Below the pieces are notes generated by a model. It was not told where the DNA came from. It saw only the letters and a list, made by a program, of their open reading frames with translations, and ran no database searches. Of a stretch of DNA of 64,000 nt, positions 1 through 12,339 are shown piece by piece. The stretch's first letter is position 1, and each line of letters begins with the position of its first letter. The position numbers and the translations under genes were made by a program. Source of the stretch: Macrostomum lignano (taxonomy: Eukaryota); NCBI GenBank assembly GCA_002269645.1, contig NIVC01000305.1:485845-549844 (forward strand). The letters run 5' to 3'.

Positions 1-66
1 CTCACGTCGCTTCTGTTTCTCCTGGTGCTTGACTGGGTGCTGCGGACTGCTTTGCCGGACGCCTAG
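1..66 (+). mobile_element. Fragment of non-LTR (RTE-like) reverse transcriptase
   Basis: Frame 1 reads LTSLLFLLVLDWVLRTALPDA*, closely matching LAPFLFVLLLDWVLRTSLPS in the LINE RT at 12.9-14.1 kb; cut by the window edge. Confidence 0.6.
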
Positions 67-1587
67 CTGCTCTGTGGACGCTGATCCTATCAAGGTTTTA
101 CAAATTTTGTGCTGAAAAAATGAAAAAGCGCTATAAAAGCTCCTTCATTCTCCGTAAAACGTTTTTTCGCTAAAAATATGTATTCTTAAAAGTTCCAAGC
201 AGCGTCGTTTCCTGTCCTTCTACTGGGTAGTCCCGTGCACATGATTGTATATTTATAGTCTAAAATTTTATTGTTACATGTATACTGTATATACATGTAA
301 TAAATTATATACATGTTATTTTATAAGCAAATGTATGCGTATTTAAAAATACTTGTACAGTCATTTAAATCAAAGAACGTATCTCAAAGCAGAACTAAGC
401 TCAATAGCTCATATTATTAGCTTTGCATCGTCACCAGACGTCGCTACATGTAAGTTATACTTAATTAGTTGTTAAATGGCTTTAAACGGCTTAAAACGTT
501 TTCATTACAGTTTCAAACCTAAAATGTTTATTAACATTGTCCGTAATATTCACAGACATGCAAAGAACTGAAAATTTATTTATTAAATCTGCAGACTAAT
601 TGCCCTCTGTTGAGAAAACTTGGCTGATAATTTGTTATACTGATTCAATAAAAAGCTTCTTTAACTACGAATCAAAGCACTCATTCAAAGGTGGATGAGG
701 CAGGAAAATTGACTTTAATTGCCGCATAGAGAAAAAGCATGTAATTCCCTTTTAATCCGTATAACGATAAGTCTCTTAAAAAAAGTTATAACTCTAGCTC
801 CTTTTTAGGAAAATTGATTCTGCATTACTTTGAAAAACGCATGGTTTATTAATATTTTCATTTGCTCATTCTGTGATTTATGCAATGTACGGGACGCACA
901 AAATAAAATAAATTTTACATAAATTTATCTAATTACCTTGATTAAACCGAAATAAAATGATTAGCAAAAAATGTAGCATATCTGTTTCAATAATTGACAC
1001 TAATTAAAATTTTACCTGTAAAAATTATCTACATACTGAGCGAATACGCTCGTACTAGTAGCACAAACAAAACTAAATTGCATACAGCTGTACCTGACTC
1101 TGACTTGTGTTACTGTTGCTTTCTATGGACCCTCGGCCTGACTGAGCCAGTGACCTGTGTGTTCTAGCGGTGTGAGTCAAGTTTATTATATTTTTTTTTG
1201 TTCATATTTATTGTATCAGAACATTGTTAAATTGTATAATTAAAAAATGAAAGTTTTTTTAAGGATTAAAAATTTTAAGATTATTTTGTATATATCATCA
1301 GATCATACATGTTATATGCAATTAACACATATATTATTATAACACAAGCATTTTCTTAATCTTTAAATTTCATAAAATGTTTCTTGATAAAAAATCAATA
1401 ACAAAAGTTTTATCTCACATGATTGAAAATATATTTTGTATTTTCACAATCAGAAGAAAGAAAACTTCATGTTTTCTGTAATTTCAATTTCAGAGTAGTT
1501 TATATAATAATTTCCATTAGTATTTGCAAATATTACTCAACAGGAACAAAGTCCAACAATCGCTCCAAAGAAGTTGCACACCGGGAA

Positions 1588-2904
1588 ATGCTGGCCAACT
1601 GCGCTTCTGCAGCTCTGGTTGCCATAGTAACCGGCGTCTCCGCACGTCGCATAGATGGAATGGCAGCGGCGGATCAGCTGTTCCTCTCGGCATCCTCAGC
1701 CACCCGCTGGCACGCAACCCTGTGCGGAGCGGCCGTTGCTGGCCTCCTGAGCTTCGGCGTGCGGGCCCTGCGGCCTCGGGAAGGTCGAACTGGTCAGGCG
1801 GAGACGATGGCGCACTCCCAGCTGGTCAGGCACGCCCTGCTGAACGGTGCGGCGGCGGCGCAGACTTTGGCGGGTGTGGGACTGGCCTGGCTGGCAGCTC
1901 GGTCCGAGGTGAGTCACCTTCTGCTGTAGCAGCAGAAACGGCTAGTGGAGGCAGCGGTTTTGGGAAATTGATCGATAAGAAAGAAAGTTTTCTGTTACTT
2001 TCAGCACTCTCAGCTTCAGGACTATACAAGATTGCGTTTTTGGCATAGCGATATATGAGGTTTGGCCACAGACAAAACCGTGGTGGTGTTGGTGTGCGCC
2101 CCTGTCTGTTGGTTTGCGCCGTGTCTCTTTGGTGGGCGCCCCTGTCTCTTGGTTGGCGCCCCTGTCTCTTGGTTGGCGCCCCTGTCTCTTGCATGGTTGG
2201 CGCCCCTGTCTCTTGGTTGGCGCCCCTGTCTCTTGCATGGTTGGCGCCCCTGTCGTTTGGTTGGCGCCCCTGTCTCTTGGTGGGCGCCCCTGTCTCTTGG
2301 TGAGGGCCCCTGTCTCTTGGTGAGGGCCCCTGTCTCTTGGTGAGGGCCCCTGTCTCTTGGTGAGGGCCCCTGTCTCTTGGTGAGGGCCCCTGTCTCTTGG
2401 TGAGGGCCCCTGTCTCTTGGTGAGGGCCCCGTCTCTTGGTGAGGGCCCCTGTCTCTTGGTGAGGGCCCCTGTCTCTTGGTGAGGGCCCCTGTCTCTTGGT
2501 GAGGGCCCCTGTCTCTTTGTTGGGTTACCTAGATGTCCTGTCCGAAGAGTTGACTTAAATGTGTCTCCCGCATGATTTGCTCGCAGCCGCCGCACCGTCA
2601 CGTGACCAGCTGGCACGGCTGCATCGGCATGGCAGCTTCTCTAGCCCTACTCTGGCAACTGGCTGTCGGCCTGTTCCTCCGCTACTGCCTTCCGGAAGCT
2701 TCCAAACGTCGACTTGCAGTGGAATTTCTGCACGCCATGGGCGGCGGAGCGACGTTCGGTTTGGCGTCAGTTGCGCTTGGTAGCGGCCTCTTCACCGATT
2801 GGTTCCTGCGGAGATGCCCGCCTAGCCTGCTATTGGCTGGCCTGATCTGTCTGTATCTAATTGGCCTGCGGGTTTTCGCGCAAATCTGGGAGCACTATTT
2901 TTAG
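1588..2904 (+). CDS. CYB561D2: Cytochrome b561 domain-containing protein (CYB561D1/D2-like), 2 exons: 1588-1908, 2587-2904 (~212 aa)
   Basis: Phase-0 donor GAG|gtgagt (1909) and acceptor cgcag|CCG (2586) join two hydrophobic ORFs. Four His in TM context (RWH, VRH, SWH, FLH) fit b561 heme ligands. The start could alternatively be ATG 1660. Confidence 0.8.
2095..2520. repeat. Intronic minisatellite, 20-bp unit (GCCCCTGTCTCTTGGTGAGG and GGTT variant)
   Basis: About 20 tandem copies inside the cytochrome b561 intron. Confidence 0.95.
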
Positions 2905-3344
2905 ATACACGGAATTTCGGTGGCTTGATCTGTTTTCTTTTTAGAGTGTTAAATCTCCCGATCATTTTTACATAGATTCATTCTTCTGAACTGTACATTT
3001 ATCGTTCAATTTATTTAACTGAATCTAACAAATTTTCCGGTGTTAGTTGTTAATCGCATATTTAAATCAAATTAGATAACCTACTTTTGGAAATATTTTA
3101 ACATTACAAAAAATACAATAAGAAATACATAAAAATAAATTTTGTGTTCCTGAAGTTATCGAGTAGTTTCCAATCTAAAAATGTATTATTGGTTAATATA
3201 AACAGTCTTTATCATTGCTACACGTATAAAACATGTTTATTGACAAATGAATTTAAGCCATAGGCATAATTAAGTTATTCGGTTATAGTTATTACGTTTC
3301 TTTTGCACTTTGTCTCTGCTTTAATGGCTTTTTGAAAATTAACT

Positions 3345-3384
3345 GCTCTGTTTGTTAGTCTCTGTCTGTCTATTTGTTTGTCCA

Positions 3385-3451
<67 letters not shown>

Positions 3452-3462
3452 GCCTGACTGAC

Positions 3463-3523
<61 letters not shown>

Positions 3524-3572
3524 GCCTGACTGACTGTCTGTCTGTCTGTCTGTCTTTCTGTCTGTCTGTCTT

Positions 3573-3611
<39 letters not shown>

Positions 3612-3744
3612 GCCTGTCTGTCTGTCTGCCTGACTGACTGTCTGTCTGTCTGTCTGTCTGTCTTTCTGTCTGTCTGTCTGTCCATCTGTCTGTCTGTCTG
3701 CCTGTCTGCCTGACTGACTGTCTGTCTGTCTGTCTGTCTGTCTT

Positions 3745-3789
<45 letters not shown>

Positions 3790-3874
3790 ATTAGAGTCTG
3801 TTGGTCTGTCTGTATTTGTCTGTCCATCTGTCTGTCTGTCTGCCTGACTGACTGTCTGTCTGTCTGTCTGTCTT

Positions 3875-3915
<41 letters not shown>

Positions 3916-4022
3916 ATTAAAGTCTGTTGGTCTGTCTGTATTTGTCTGTCCATCTGTCTGTCTGTCTGCCTGCCTGTCTGGCTGTCTGCCTGTCTGTCTG
4001 TCTGTCTGTCTGTCTGTCTGCC

Positions 4023-4062
<40 letters not shown>
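3345..4062. repeat. (TCTG)n microsatellite with interruptions
   Basis: Visible tetranucleotide array; source of the spurious TDRQ/VCLS ORFs. Confidence 0.98.
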
Positions 4063-4066
<4 letters not shown>

Positions 4067-4660
4067 AGTTGCTGTAAAAAATTGCTGAAAAAATGAAACA
4101 AACTAACTTACTCCTATTTTAGTTAACAGTTTCGCGATAATGTGAAATTCCATGTGATCATCTGAAGGTGACATGGTGGTCAAATTACATTTATACATAT
4201 ATTTTGGTAAATATTGTGGTCCCGAGAGTGCTACCATAACTGTTAGCTGACTGAAATGTAATCACGCCTTTCAAATTATGATTTATGCAAATATCATTCC
4301 CAATAAGTATGAGCCGCTGTCCGCCACACTAAACAACACCCACTGTCATCTGCTACTCCGACCGCGAGCTCCGGATCAATCTGGAAATATCCGCGTCCTT
4401 TGGGATATTCAATCGCCGCCCCCATAATGAGGATCCCATGCGCTATGCGGGGATTAAGCAACACAAGACTGAGATCGTATGCCATGCCATATAAAAGCCT
4501 GCATGATCCGGTACGCTCCAGTTTAGACTTTGCTCTCTACTGTAGTATAAGCTGTCTGACTCTAACAGTTTACAACCTGAAAGCTTTGGGCCAGAGTCAG
4601 TAGTCTTCATTAAGCGCTATACTCACTTTAGAAGCTGAACAAACCCATTCTCATAAAACT

Positions 4661-6346
4661 ATGATTATCTTCTGCAAGATTTTCAGTCTGCTTTGGTTGG
4701 TCGTATTGAGTTTTGCAATCAAAAGTTGTGTCGCTGGTAGCGTCACCATCGTGGCTGTGCAACATCCAGGCGAACTATCGATTCCAAATTGCTACTCAAG
4801 CACTGAGCACTGCTCCAGTTATCAGGACTGCTGCGATCAAGATCGAAAAGTTCAATCGAGCAACGCTGGAATAACTTGTGAGGGCGTGTTCTTCTGTACC
4901 AATGGTACGTGTGACAGGTTGGGAGGTCGGTACTCTGTCTACATGGTGACAGCATGTCCAATTGGAAGCAATTCCAGCTCTGAGTGGCACTCACGATGTC
5001 AGTCCGCACACGAACCGGTTGCCAGTGATCGAATGGCGCTGCCTGTTTACTCAAACCGCACGGGCTTGCTTTACCGCAGTGCCTACTGCGGTCTGTGCCA
5101 CGGAGAGGCCGCTGCGTCAACAACTGCCCAGGTCGCTGTGTTCTGCAACGATTCCACCGCTACAGCCTCAAACTGCCAGTCCGTAGCTGTTATTGCAGCC
5201 CATCAAACACACGCGTGCTATCCGGACTTGGCTGATGTCACCGTGTGCAATGGCGCCTACCCGTCGCTAACCGACTCCTGCGAACGGGTGCCAACTAATT
5301 ACGAGGTGTGCGAAGGCAGGGCCTACAGGAATTCCTACTGCCGCATGTGCCAGCTGGGCTGGTACACCCCGCAGTGCCAGCGCACCGACTATCCGTTGTG
5401 GCAGCTTCGAGACAGTCTTGACCACGGCCTATTGGGCGTCTACGTCGGTTTTCGCAATTTAGCCGCCAACCTACCGGGTAGGGATTTTGGTCGACCAGGC
5501 AACAGAACGACGTCTGACAATTGGAGGCTGTCAGTAAGCGTCTGCGCGACTCACGCAGCCTCCATCGTGGCACTGTTAGTTCTCATCGCAGTGTACTTTA
5601 GCGTTCGGAGTCTGCGCAACCGGCCAGGTCTGTGCCTGTGCTGCCATTCGACCTGCGTTCTCATCTGGGAGGCTCTGGCCGTTACCATGCGATTGACAAA
5701 GCCAACAGAGACAGCCTGTCTCAGCCTCCTGTTGCTGAGCTACTTCAGCCTGATCTCCACCTTCTCCTGGGCCGCCGTGTTTGGCTGCGACCTGCTGCGC
5801 AGTTTGGTCTCAAACCTTCCAGCTCCTGGCCGTCTGTCGAAGCGGCTGATGCTGATGGTCTGGCTGGCACCGGCCGGTCTCACCGCCTGCGCTGGATGCC
5901 TGCACGTTCGACTGGGTCTGTTTGACTTGGCAGTTTGCCAGTTCGCTCCCTGTCACAAGTGGCTGATGCTGCTTCTGTCTCTGGCGCCGCTGGCAGCGGT
6001 TCTGTTTGTCAACCTGGCAGTGGCGGCTGCGGTCTGCATCGTGCTGCATCGTCGGGCCAGCAACGCACAGCAGCTGTTGGCAATGTCTACAGCGCGCAGA
6101 CATGTTGGCGCAACTGTGCGAGTGTCGGTGGCCGCGGGCGCTGCCTGGATGCCGCAGTTCATCTTGGCCAACCTCGCCGAGTCGGCTGCCATCAATCATC
6201 GAGCCGCTTCAGCGGTCGGCGAGCATCTGGCAGCCCTGCATGGCGTTCTGCTGGCCGTCTGCTTCGGGTGTGCCAGTCATCGAGTGCGTCAGCTGATGGT
6301 GAGGCAGCCGAGGCAGCGGCCGCAAGCACCAAGCGCCGTCGTCTGA
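4661..6346 (+). CDS. Intronless family-B-like (Methuselah/adhesion-type, 7tm_2) GPCR with Cys-rich, somatomedin-B-like ectodomain, 561 aa
   Basis: N-terminal signal peptide; CxxxxxxCxxYxDCCxxD motif; many extracellular Cys; seven hydrophobic segments starting ASIVALLVLIAVYFSV; SLRNRPG loop after TM1 typical of this group. Confidence 0.8.
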   Translation: MIIFCKIFSLLWLVVLSFAIKSCVAGSVTIVAVQHPGELSIPNCYSSTEHCSSYQDCCDQDRKVQSSNAGITCEGVFFCTNGTCDRLGGRYSVYMVTACPIGSNSSSEWHSRCQSAHEPVASDRMALPVYSNRTGLLYRSAYCGLCHGEAAASTTAQVAVFCNDSTATASNCQSVAVIAAHQTHACYPDLADVTVCNGAYPSLTDSCERVPTNYEVCEGRAYRNSYCRMCQLGWYTPQCQRTDYPLWQLRDSLDHGLLGVYVGFRNLAANLPGRDFGRPGNRTTSDNWRLSVSVCATHAASIVALLVLIAVYFSVRSLRNRPGLCLCCHSTCVLIWEALAVTMRLTKPTETACLSLLLLSYFSLISTFSWAAVFGCDLLRSLVSNLPAPGRLSKRLMLMVWLAPAGLTACAGCLHVRLGLFDLAVCQFAPCHKWLMLLLSLAPLAAVLFVNLAVAAAVCIVLHRRASNAQQLLAMSTARRHVGATVRVSVAAGAAWMPQFILANLAESAAINHRAASAVGEHLAALHGVLLAVCFGCASHRVRQLMVRQPRQRPQAPSAVV

Positions 6347-6511
6347 AGAAGAACCTAAGTGTATACTAAGTGTAACCTCAAGTCTTGGAATCGCGACAAG
6401 TACTCGTAAACGTAATGAGGACCCAAAAGCTTAAGAGTGTTATCTAGAACTTATTCTTGCGCTTATTGATTTTTTTTTGGGTAAAATTTATGTAAGGGTG
6501 CTATTTACCAA

Positions 6512-6524
6512 CACTCTTTCTCTT

Positions 6525-6562
<38 letters not shown>
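6512..6562. repeat. (CT)n microsatellite
   Basis: Dinucleotide run. Confidence 0.95.
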
Positions 6563-6563
<1 letters not shown>

Positions 6564-7697
6564 CTTTCTCTAATTTTTGCACTGATAAAGATTTTAATTT
6601 TCAAAATAACAACACTTCTTAGCTTTTTTGTCTCGAAATCTCAAGAGAAAATCTTGATTTTACTTTCACAATTATATGCGAAGAAGAAACCCTCGATTTC
6701 TGGCAAGAAAAGTTCTTTTTTCATGCCGCCCAATAGTTTGCTTCTTCCACGCTAAGTGAATAACAGAAATGAGTGAATAGCATTAGAGACAGCAAATTTT
6801 ACATATTGTCAATCGTACAAGTGGCATCATTCTTATTTTTTTAATATGAGACCATTGTGTCTCTATGAGCTGGCTACGAGCGTATAGCTATTTCGATAAG
6901 TAGAACTTGAGTAAGAACTGTGAATGCTGAAAAAAACTTGCATTTAAAATGTCTGAAGCGAGGTTTCCGCAATAATAAAAATCGATTAGTGCTTAACAAG
7001 TACGAGTATAAGTAGCTAGAGCAAATTTGCTAAAAATATTGTGGAGCGCGGATTCAATCGAAAAGCAACAACCAATAGCTAAGATTAATTCATTACGAGT
7101 ATAAATCGTACGATTAGCAAAGTCAGAGTCAAGACTTTCCCCTATTTAGCGAAAGCAGCGGAAAAGTTGTAGGGAGCAAAAATATCCATTTACAAAAACA
7201 GGGAACAGTTTCTTGTTACTTGTTAGTTACTTGTAGTAAGCTACATAAACACAGCAATTAAGAAAAGTTTATCGCATTCTACCAGTAGATACACTAATAC
7301 ATGTAATTGAAATATAATTAGTGTAGTTCATAATAAAACAAATTTAGATTTACGAAGTCAAATTTCCAACTTTCATTCAACATTCATGATTTCATTTCAA
7401 TCGAAATTAACGAATCAACTTAGTCTAGTGTTCGGTTTGTTCTTTTTGACTCATTTAATTATTTAGCTAGCTATTGCTTATTATTCGTCAAAACGTAGGA
7501 AAGCTTGCCTTTTAAAATGTCGTTTTTAAGTGCTTTTCAAAGGAAAAAAGTTGTAAAACTCGAAATAGTCAGGGAACTAAAGGATTTCAGACCTACCTAA
7601 AATCGATTGAAAGTTTGAATTATACTTGAACAATAAAATCATACTAGCATGTGTATGGCAAAATAATCCAGAAAGTCCTTGATTTTTAGTGTTGAGC

Positions 7698-10572
7698 TCA
7701 TCCGAATCCCAAAGTGCACGAGAATACTTTTTTAACATAGGCAAGCGACAACGAAGTCTGCTTAGCAAAAACTTCGAAGATACCATTGATTTGCTTCGCC
7801 ATTGTTTGGGCGCTGGAGACAACAGTGCAATAGCATTTCTGCACATTTGATTTAACCTGCTCCACTAGTCCGCCGACGAGAACAGCGAAGTCGAACTGAT
7901 TCAGATATCTAAGAAGAGCGGGCAAAACATTTACACTGACGCTTGTGCATAGTGTCCTAGTAGATGATGCACCAATGCAGAACCTCCAGGCAACTAATTG
8001 CGATACGGAAGAAATCAACAGCTTAAACCACTCCGTTTTGGAAGTATTCTTACTTGATGCCAAACGATACGTATCGAAGAGAATCAGAGCTACTACGATA
8101 GCAAGGCCAATCTGATCGACAGTAGAAAGGCTAGAAAACTTTTTCATCAACGACTCAACAACTTTAGAGTTTTGTCCAGTCAAGCCAGACAACTGTTCCA
8201 AAAGCGGCTTAATATGCGATGCAACAACTTCATGCAAGCCAGGCAACTGTTCCAAAAGCGGCTTAATAGGCGATGCAACAGCTTCATGCAAGCGTGACAA
8301 CTGTTCTGAAAGCGGCTTAAAATGCGATGCAACAGCTTCATGCAAGCCAGGCAACTGTTCCAAAAGCGGCTTAATAGGCGATGCAACAACTTCATGCAAG
8401 CCAGACAACTGTTCTGAAAGCGGCTTAATAGGCGATGCAACAACTTCATGCAAGCGTGACAACTGTTCCAAAAGCGGCTTAATAGGCGATGCAACAACTT
8501 CATGCAAGCCAGACAACTGTTCCGAAAGCGGCTTAATAGGCGATGCAACAACTTCATGCAAGCCAGACAACTGTTCCAAAAGCGGCTTAATAGGCGATGC
8601 AACAACTTCATGCAAGCGTGACAACTGTTCCAAAAGCGGCTTAATAGGCGATGCAACAACTTCATGCAAGCGTGACAACTGTTCCAAAAGCGGCTTAATA
8701 GGCGATGCAACAACTTCATGCAAGCGTGACAACTGTTCCAAAAGCGGCTTAATAGGCGATGCAACAACTTCATGCAAGCCAGACAACTGTTCCAAAAGCG
8801 GCTTAATAGGCGATGCAACAACTTCATGCACCAACTGCTGTGTGGACCGTTGATATTGACTGGTAGCGTGTTTGACAATGTTGTTAAACGAAACACAGAC
8901 TTTAGTTAATTCTCGTCGCAAAAGCAATTCCGCAAGTTTAAAAAATAATTTGTGATTGTCCAACAAATATTCAAGACCCATATGAAACTTTATTGACTGA
9001 ATCGATTTCAAAGCTTGAGTCGATCTATGTTTAATCGTCTCTGCAATGCTGGCAGTACATTTCAAAAGTGCGGGAGCAACTTTAGCTAATTGAAAACTCC
9101 AGAATTCGATTTGCGGACTCCTTGGTTCACCGTAAATTAAATAATAAACAAAGTTCTCGCAGTTGTTTGTACAAAGACAGTAATTTGTTTCTCCTTCCCG
9201 AGCTTTGAACCTTTCATCAACTTCACTCGGGTTGATCGGATTTTTGTGCTCAACCTTCATTAGCTGATTTGGGCCACTCACTCGAAGGAACACCTTTACC
9301 TTATTGACTCTCGGCGATGCACATTCTGCTGGGTTCTCAAACGTAACGCCAACTCCTTTCCGAGAGTCGCTGTCCCACTCGGTCAGTACAAAATGGACTT
9401 TAGAAGTTTCACCTTTCACGCCTGTTCGCTCAAGGATGATGTGATCGTATCTCTTTAGATTGCGAATTTCTTCCATACATATACATGTATTTTCAACCTT
9501 TTGCTGATTTTGCTTGATCTCACCAGGACTGGTTGGGAATAGACAAGCGACATTTTCAAGTTCCTGGTCACTAATTGCATTAGTCTTCAGAAAATAGCAG
9601 AAGTCGGAGCTCTGTACCTTAAACTTGCTGTCGTCTAAGAATGAAGCTAGCGAACCATTTACGTCGGCATTGGCTTCTAGAAATGTATAGCCCAACAACG
9701 TTTCGACTGAGGAGTCTATTGGGTTTTCGCAAGTCTGTTCTGTGTCCGACAACGTTTCGACTGAGGAGTCTATTGGGTTTTCGCAAGTCTGTTCTGTGTC
9801 CGACAACGTTTCGACTGAGGAGTCTATTGGGTTTTCGCAATTCGTTCCTGGGTACTCCACTCTCTGAACTTTTTCACGGGCGGAAAGATCCAATGACTCT
9901 TTTCTCACTGTCTTATGCTGGTGATTGTACTCGTAAATTGTAGCCTGCAGGATATCACTTCTTTTAGATAGAACGCGGCTGTCTCGAAGAAACGCTTCGT
10001 GATAGTATGGTAGTATTTTCAGAAACGATATGTGACAAGGACAGGCGTCGTTCAGTTCTTTCGCAGAACGTATCGCAACTCGATTGCTGGCATCCTGGCA
10101 TTTGGGCGGGAATGTTGCGTGACATTATTCAGAAGAAAAAATTATAGTTTTTCGATAACATAAAAAACTCTGTTTTTACACTAAAATGCACATAAAATGT
10201 TTATAGTGCATTGCAGGGTTAATGAATTGATTCTTGATGACTTGAAAGCGCAATAGCTAGAAAGTTCTGGATTATCTTTGGTGTTACGAGCGACTTAAAA
10301 AGAAATACAGTTCAACTGCCTACACTGATTCTTGTGAGTTTCCACGCGTCATCACCTTGAAACAGATCGACGATAAAATTTCGAGAAATATCTGAAATAA
10401 GCTTGAATTTAGCCCCACTTGTAAGAGTTTAAAGTGGGGCATTTGCAGCAAATTGTCTTTTTTTCGAGTCGCCTGTTATATTCTATAAAATATAGTTTAA
10501 AAAAATGAAAATAAGCATTGCAATAGTCTTCTGAAAAGCAATTCAAAATAGCATTCCTAGATAACTCACCAT
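7698..10572 (-). CDS. LRAT/PLAAT (H-NC, permuted NlpC/P60) domain protein with internal 18-aa repeats and hydrophobic C-terminus; exons 10572-10570 (ATG) and 10094-7698, ~799 aa
   Basis: YDHII...VHFVL...NYCLCTNNCENFVYYLIYGEPRSPQ matches the LRAT-domain H-box/NCEHF pattern. The frame is open upstream of the GTG at 9908 to an acceptor tgccag|GAT at 10094. An upstream ATG|gtgagt donor at 10570 splices in phase 0. Confidence 0.7.
8181..8829 (-). repeat. Coding tandem repeat, 54 bp x 12 (HEVVASPIKPLLEQLSGL)
   Basis: Twelve in-frame copies read from the ORF translation. Confidence 0.95.
9690..9842 (-). repeat. Coding tandem repeat, 54 bp x ~2.7 (ENPIDSSVETLSDTEQTC)
   Basis: Visible in DNA and protein. 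Confidence 0.9.
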
Positions 10573-10974
10573 GTTTGCACAGCACCTGACACCATGGGGC
10601 TGTTTTTCAGCGTCTTCAAATGCTCGAAATTGCTTTTCTATTAGCTATTTCAAGTCTTTTCGAATTGTAAGCTACTCGTAGTTGAATTTGTTCGCCTAAT
10701 GCTAAGTGGATGCTAGCTAGCCGTCTAGAGGCACTACTCTAGTAAAGCATCTTATAGACTGTCAGATATTGTGTTTGCTTTGGTTTCTCAGCCTTGGAAA
10801 CCGCAAAAAAACAGTCTGCGCTGCTATTTTGCCCGGGGCAGTAGGCAGAATTGTTGATGAGAGCGTAAAATTGCTGCATATCAAAATACAAGCTATTGTA
10901 CAGCTGTGATGGCGTAGAATTCAACTCTGTACAACAATTTAGAAACAGTCTGCATATTTGCTAGACCTTCTCAT

Positions 10975-11160
10975 TAGGGGCGCACTCGGGGGGGGGGGGC
11001 AGCCTCTTCGTTGCGCTGGGCCCTGAAGATTTTTTATGCGAGGCTTGGGTGCGGAGAGGAGCCAAAAATTCCGTTGCCTATTTTTGTTTTTCTTGTTCAT
11101 TTGTTATCAACGTCAAACCACTGGCCCACCCCCCTTAAGAAATTTCTGGGTGCGCCACTG
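10975..11160. mobile_element. Possible short MITE with imperfect terminal inverted repeats
   Basis: Left TAGGGGCGCACTCGG resembles the reverse complement of the right end, CAGTGGCGCACCCAG; no clear TSD. Confidence 0.3.
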
Positions 11161-12339
11161 ATTCAAATTCACTGTGTAGGCCAAGTACTCTTCTGGCACA
11201 AGTAAAGTCACTTTTCAGTCTCATATTAGGGGCATTTGTTTAAGGACTGTGCAAAACTGCTTATAGACAAGCACTACACTGCTAAGGAGCCACCCAGAGG
11301 GGGGGGGCAAAATGGCTACCATATACTAAAATGAGTTTTCGGCATCTATGTGATCGATTTCAGAACAAAAATGGCTCAACCGATTTTCTTCAAACTTGCA
11401 CCATTCGATCAGAAATTTTCCCTTGACGGTACATGCGTCTTGAAATTGCTCAATGCTAAAGGGATTAAATATTCTAAAAAACATGCTTCTTTGCAAAGGT
11501 CAAGCGGACTTTTCGACCTTGGAACTGTATTGTTCGATAAATGTTATTATAAAATGTTTTTATGCTTTTATCGAAATTTTTCGTTACATATTAAACTTAC
11601 ACATAAAAGAGACATCATGTAAAACAAAAGAAGCGTCCCGTCGAACAGAAATGATTCTTTGGGGAATGCTAAGATGTGAAAGCTCAAGGAAAATATCCGA
11701 GATCAATACTCGGGAGGAACTCCTATGAATGTTCGTGACTACGAGTATTTGGGGAGAATGATAAGATATTAAGGCTTACGGGGTATTGCAAAGATGTCAA
11801 GGCTTACTGAAGAAATTGCTGAGATGTCGAGGCCTAATGGGGGGACTCGCTGAAATGTCAAGACTTACAAGGGGGATTTTTGAGATTCGAAGGCTTACGG
11901 GGGAATTACTGAAATGTCAAGACTTATGGTATGGGGCGAAGGGTGCTGAGAGGTCAGAAGCTACATCTTAAAACAATTAAAAAGGTTGCTAAACCCAGTC
12001 AAATTCTCCGATTTTGATAAGCTGATAAAGAGTTCATGATTCAGCATAACGTAAAATCGGTCTGGAAGCCAAATATGACAGGTTTTATTTTCCTGTTATC
12101 TTCTGCTTGCATGACAGAAAGACTATATTTATGAATCTGAGTCTCACAATTCAAAACTCGCAGTACGAATATTATCCGACGTCAGTGTCTTTTTTAGTCA
12201 ACGAGGCAGAAATGCAAAGCAATTAGTCTTTTGAGAGGGGTACGTTTAGCGCTCAAGCCGTTTCTCTACCCCCTCCCCCCAAGTGTTTGCTGCGAATCTT
12301 CCGTGTCGCACAACGGCAGTCACTCGAGCTCGCATTGCA

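Noticed and set aside
4294-4603. Short coding-like ORFs upstream of the GPCR
   Set aside because: No recognisable homology; under 70 aa.
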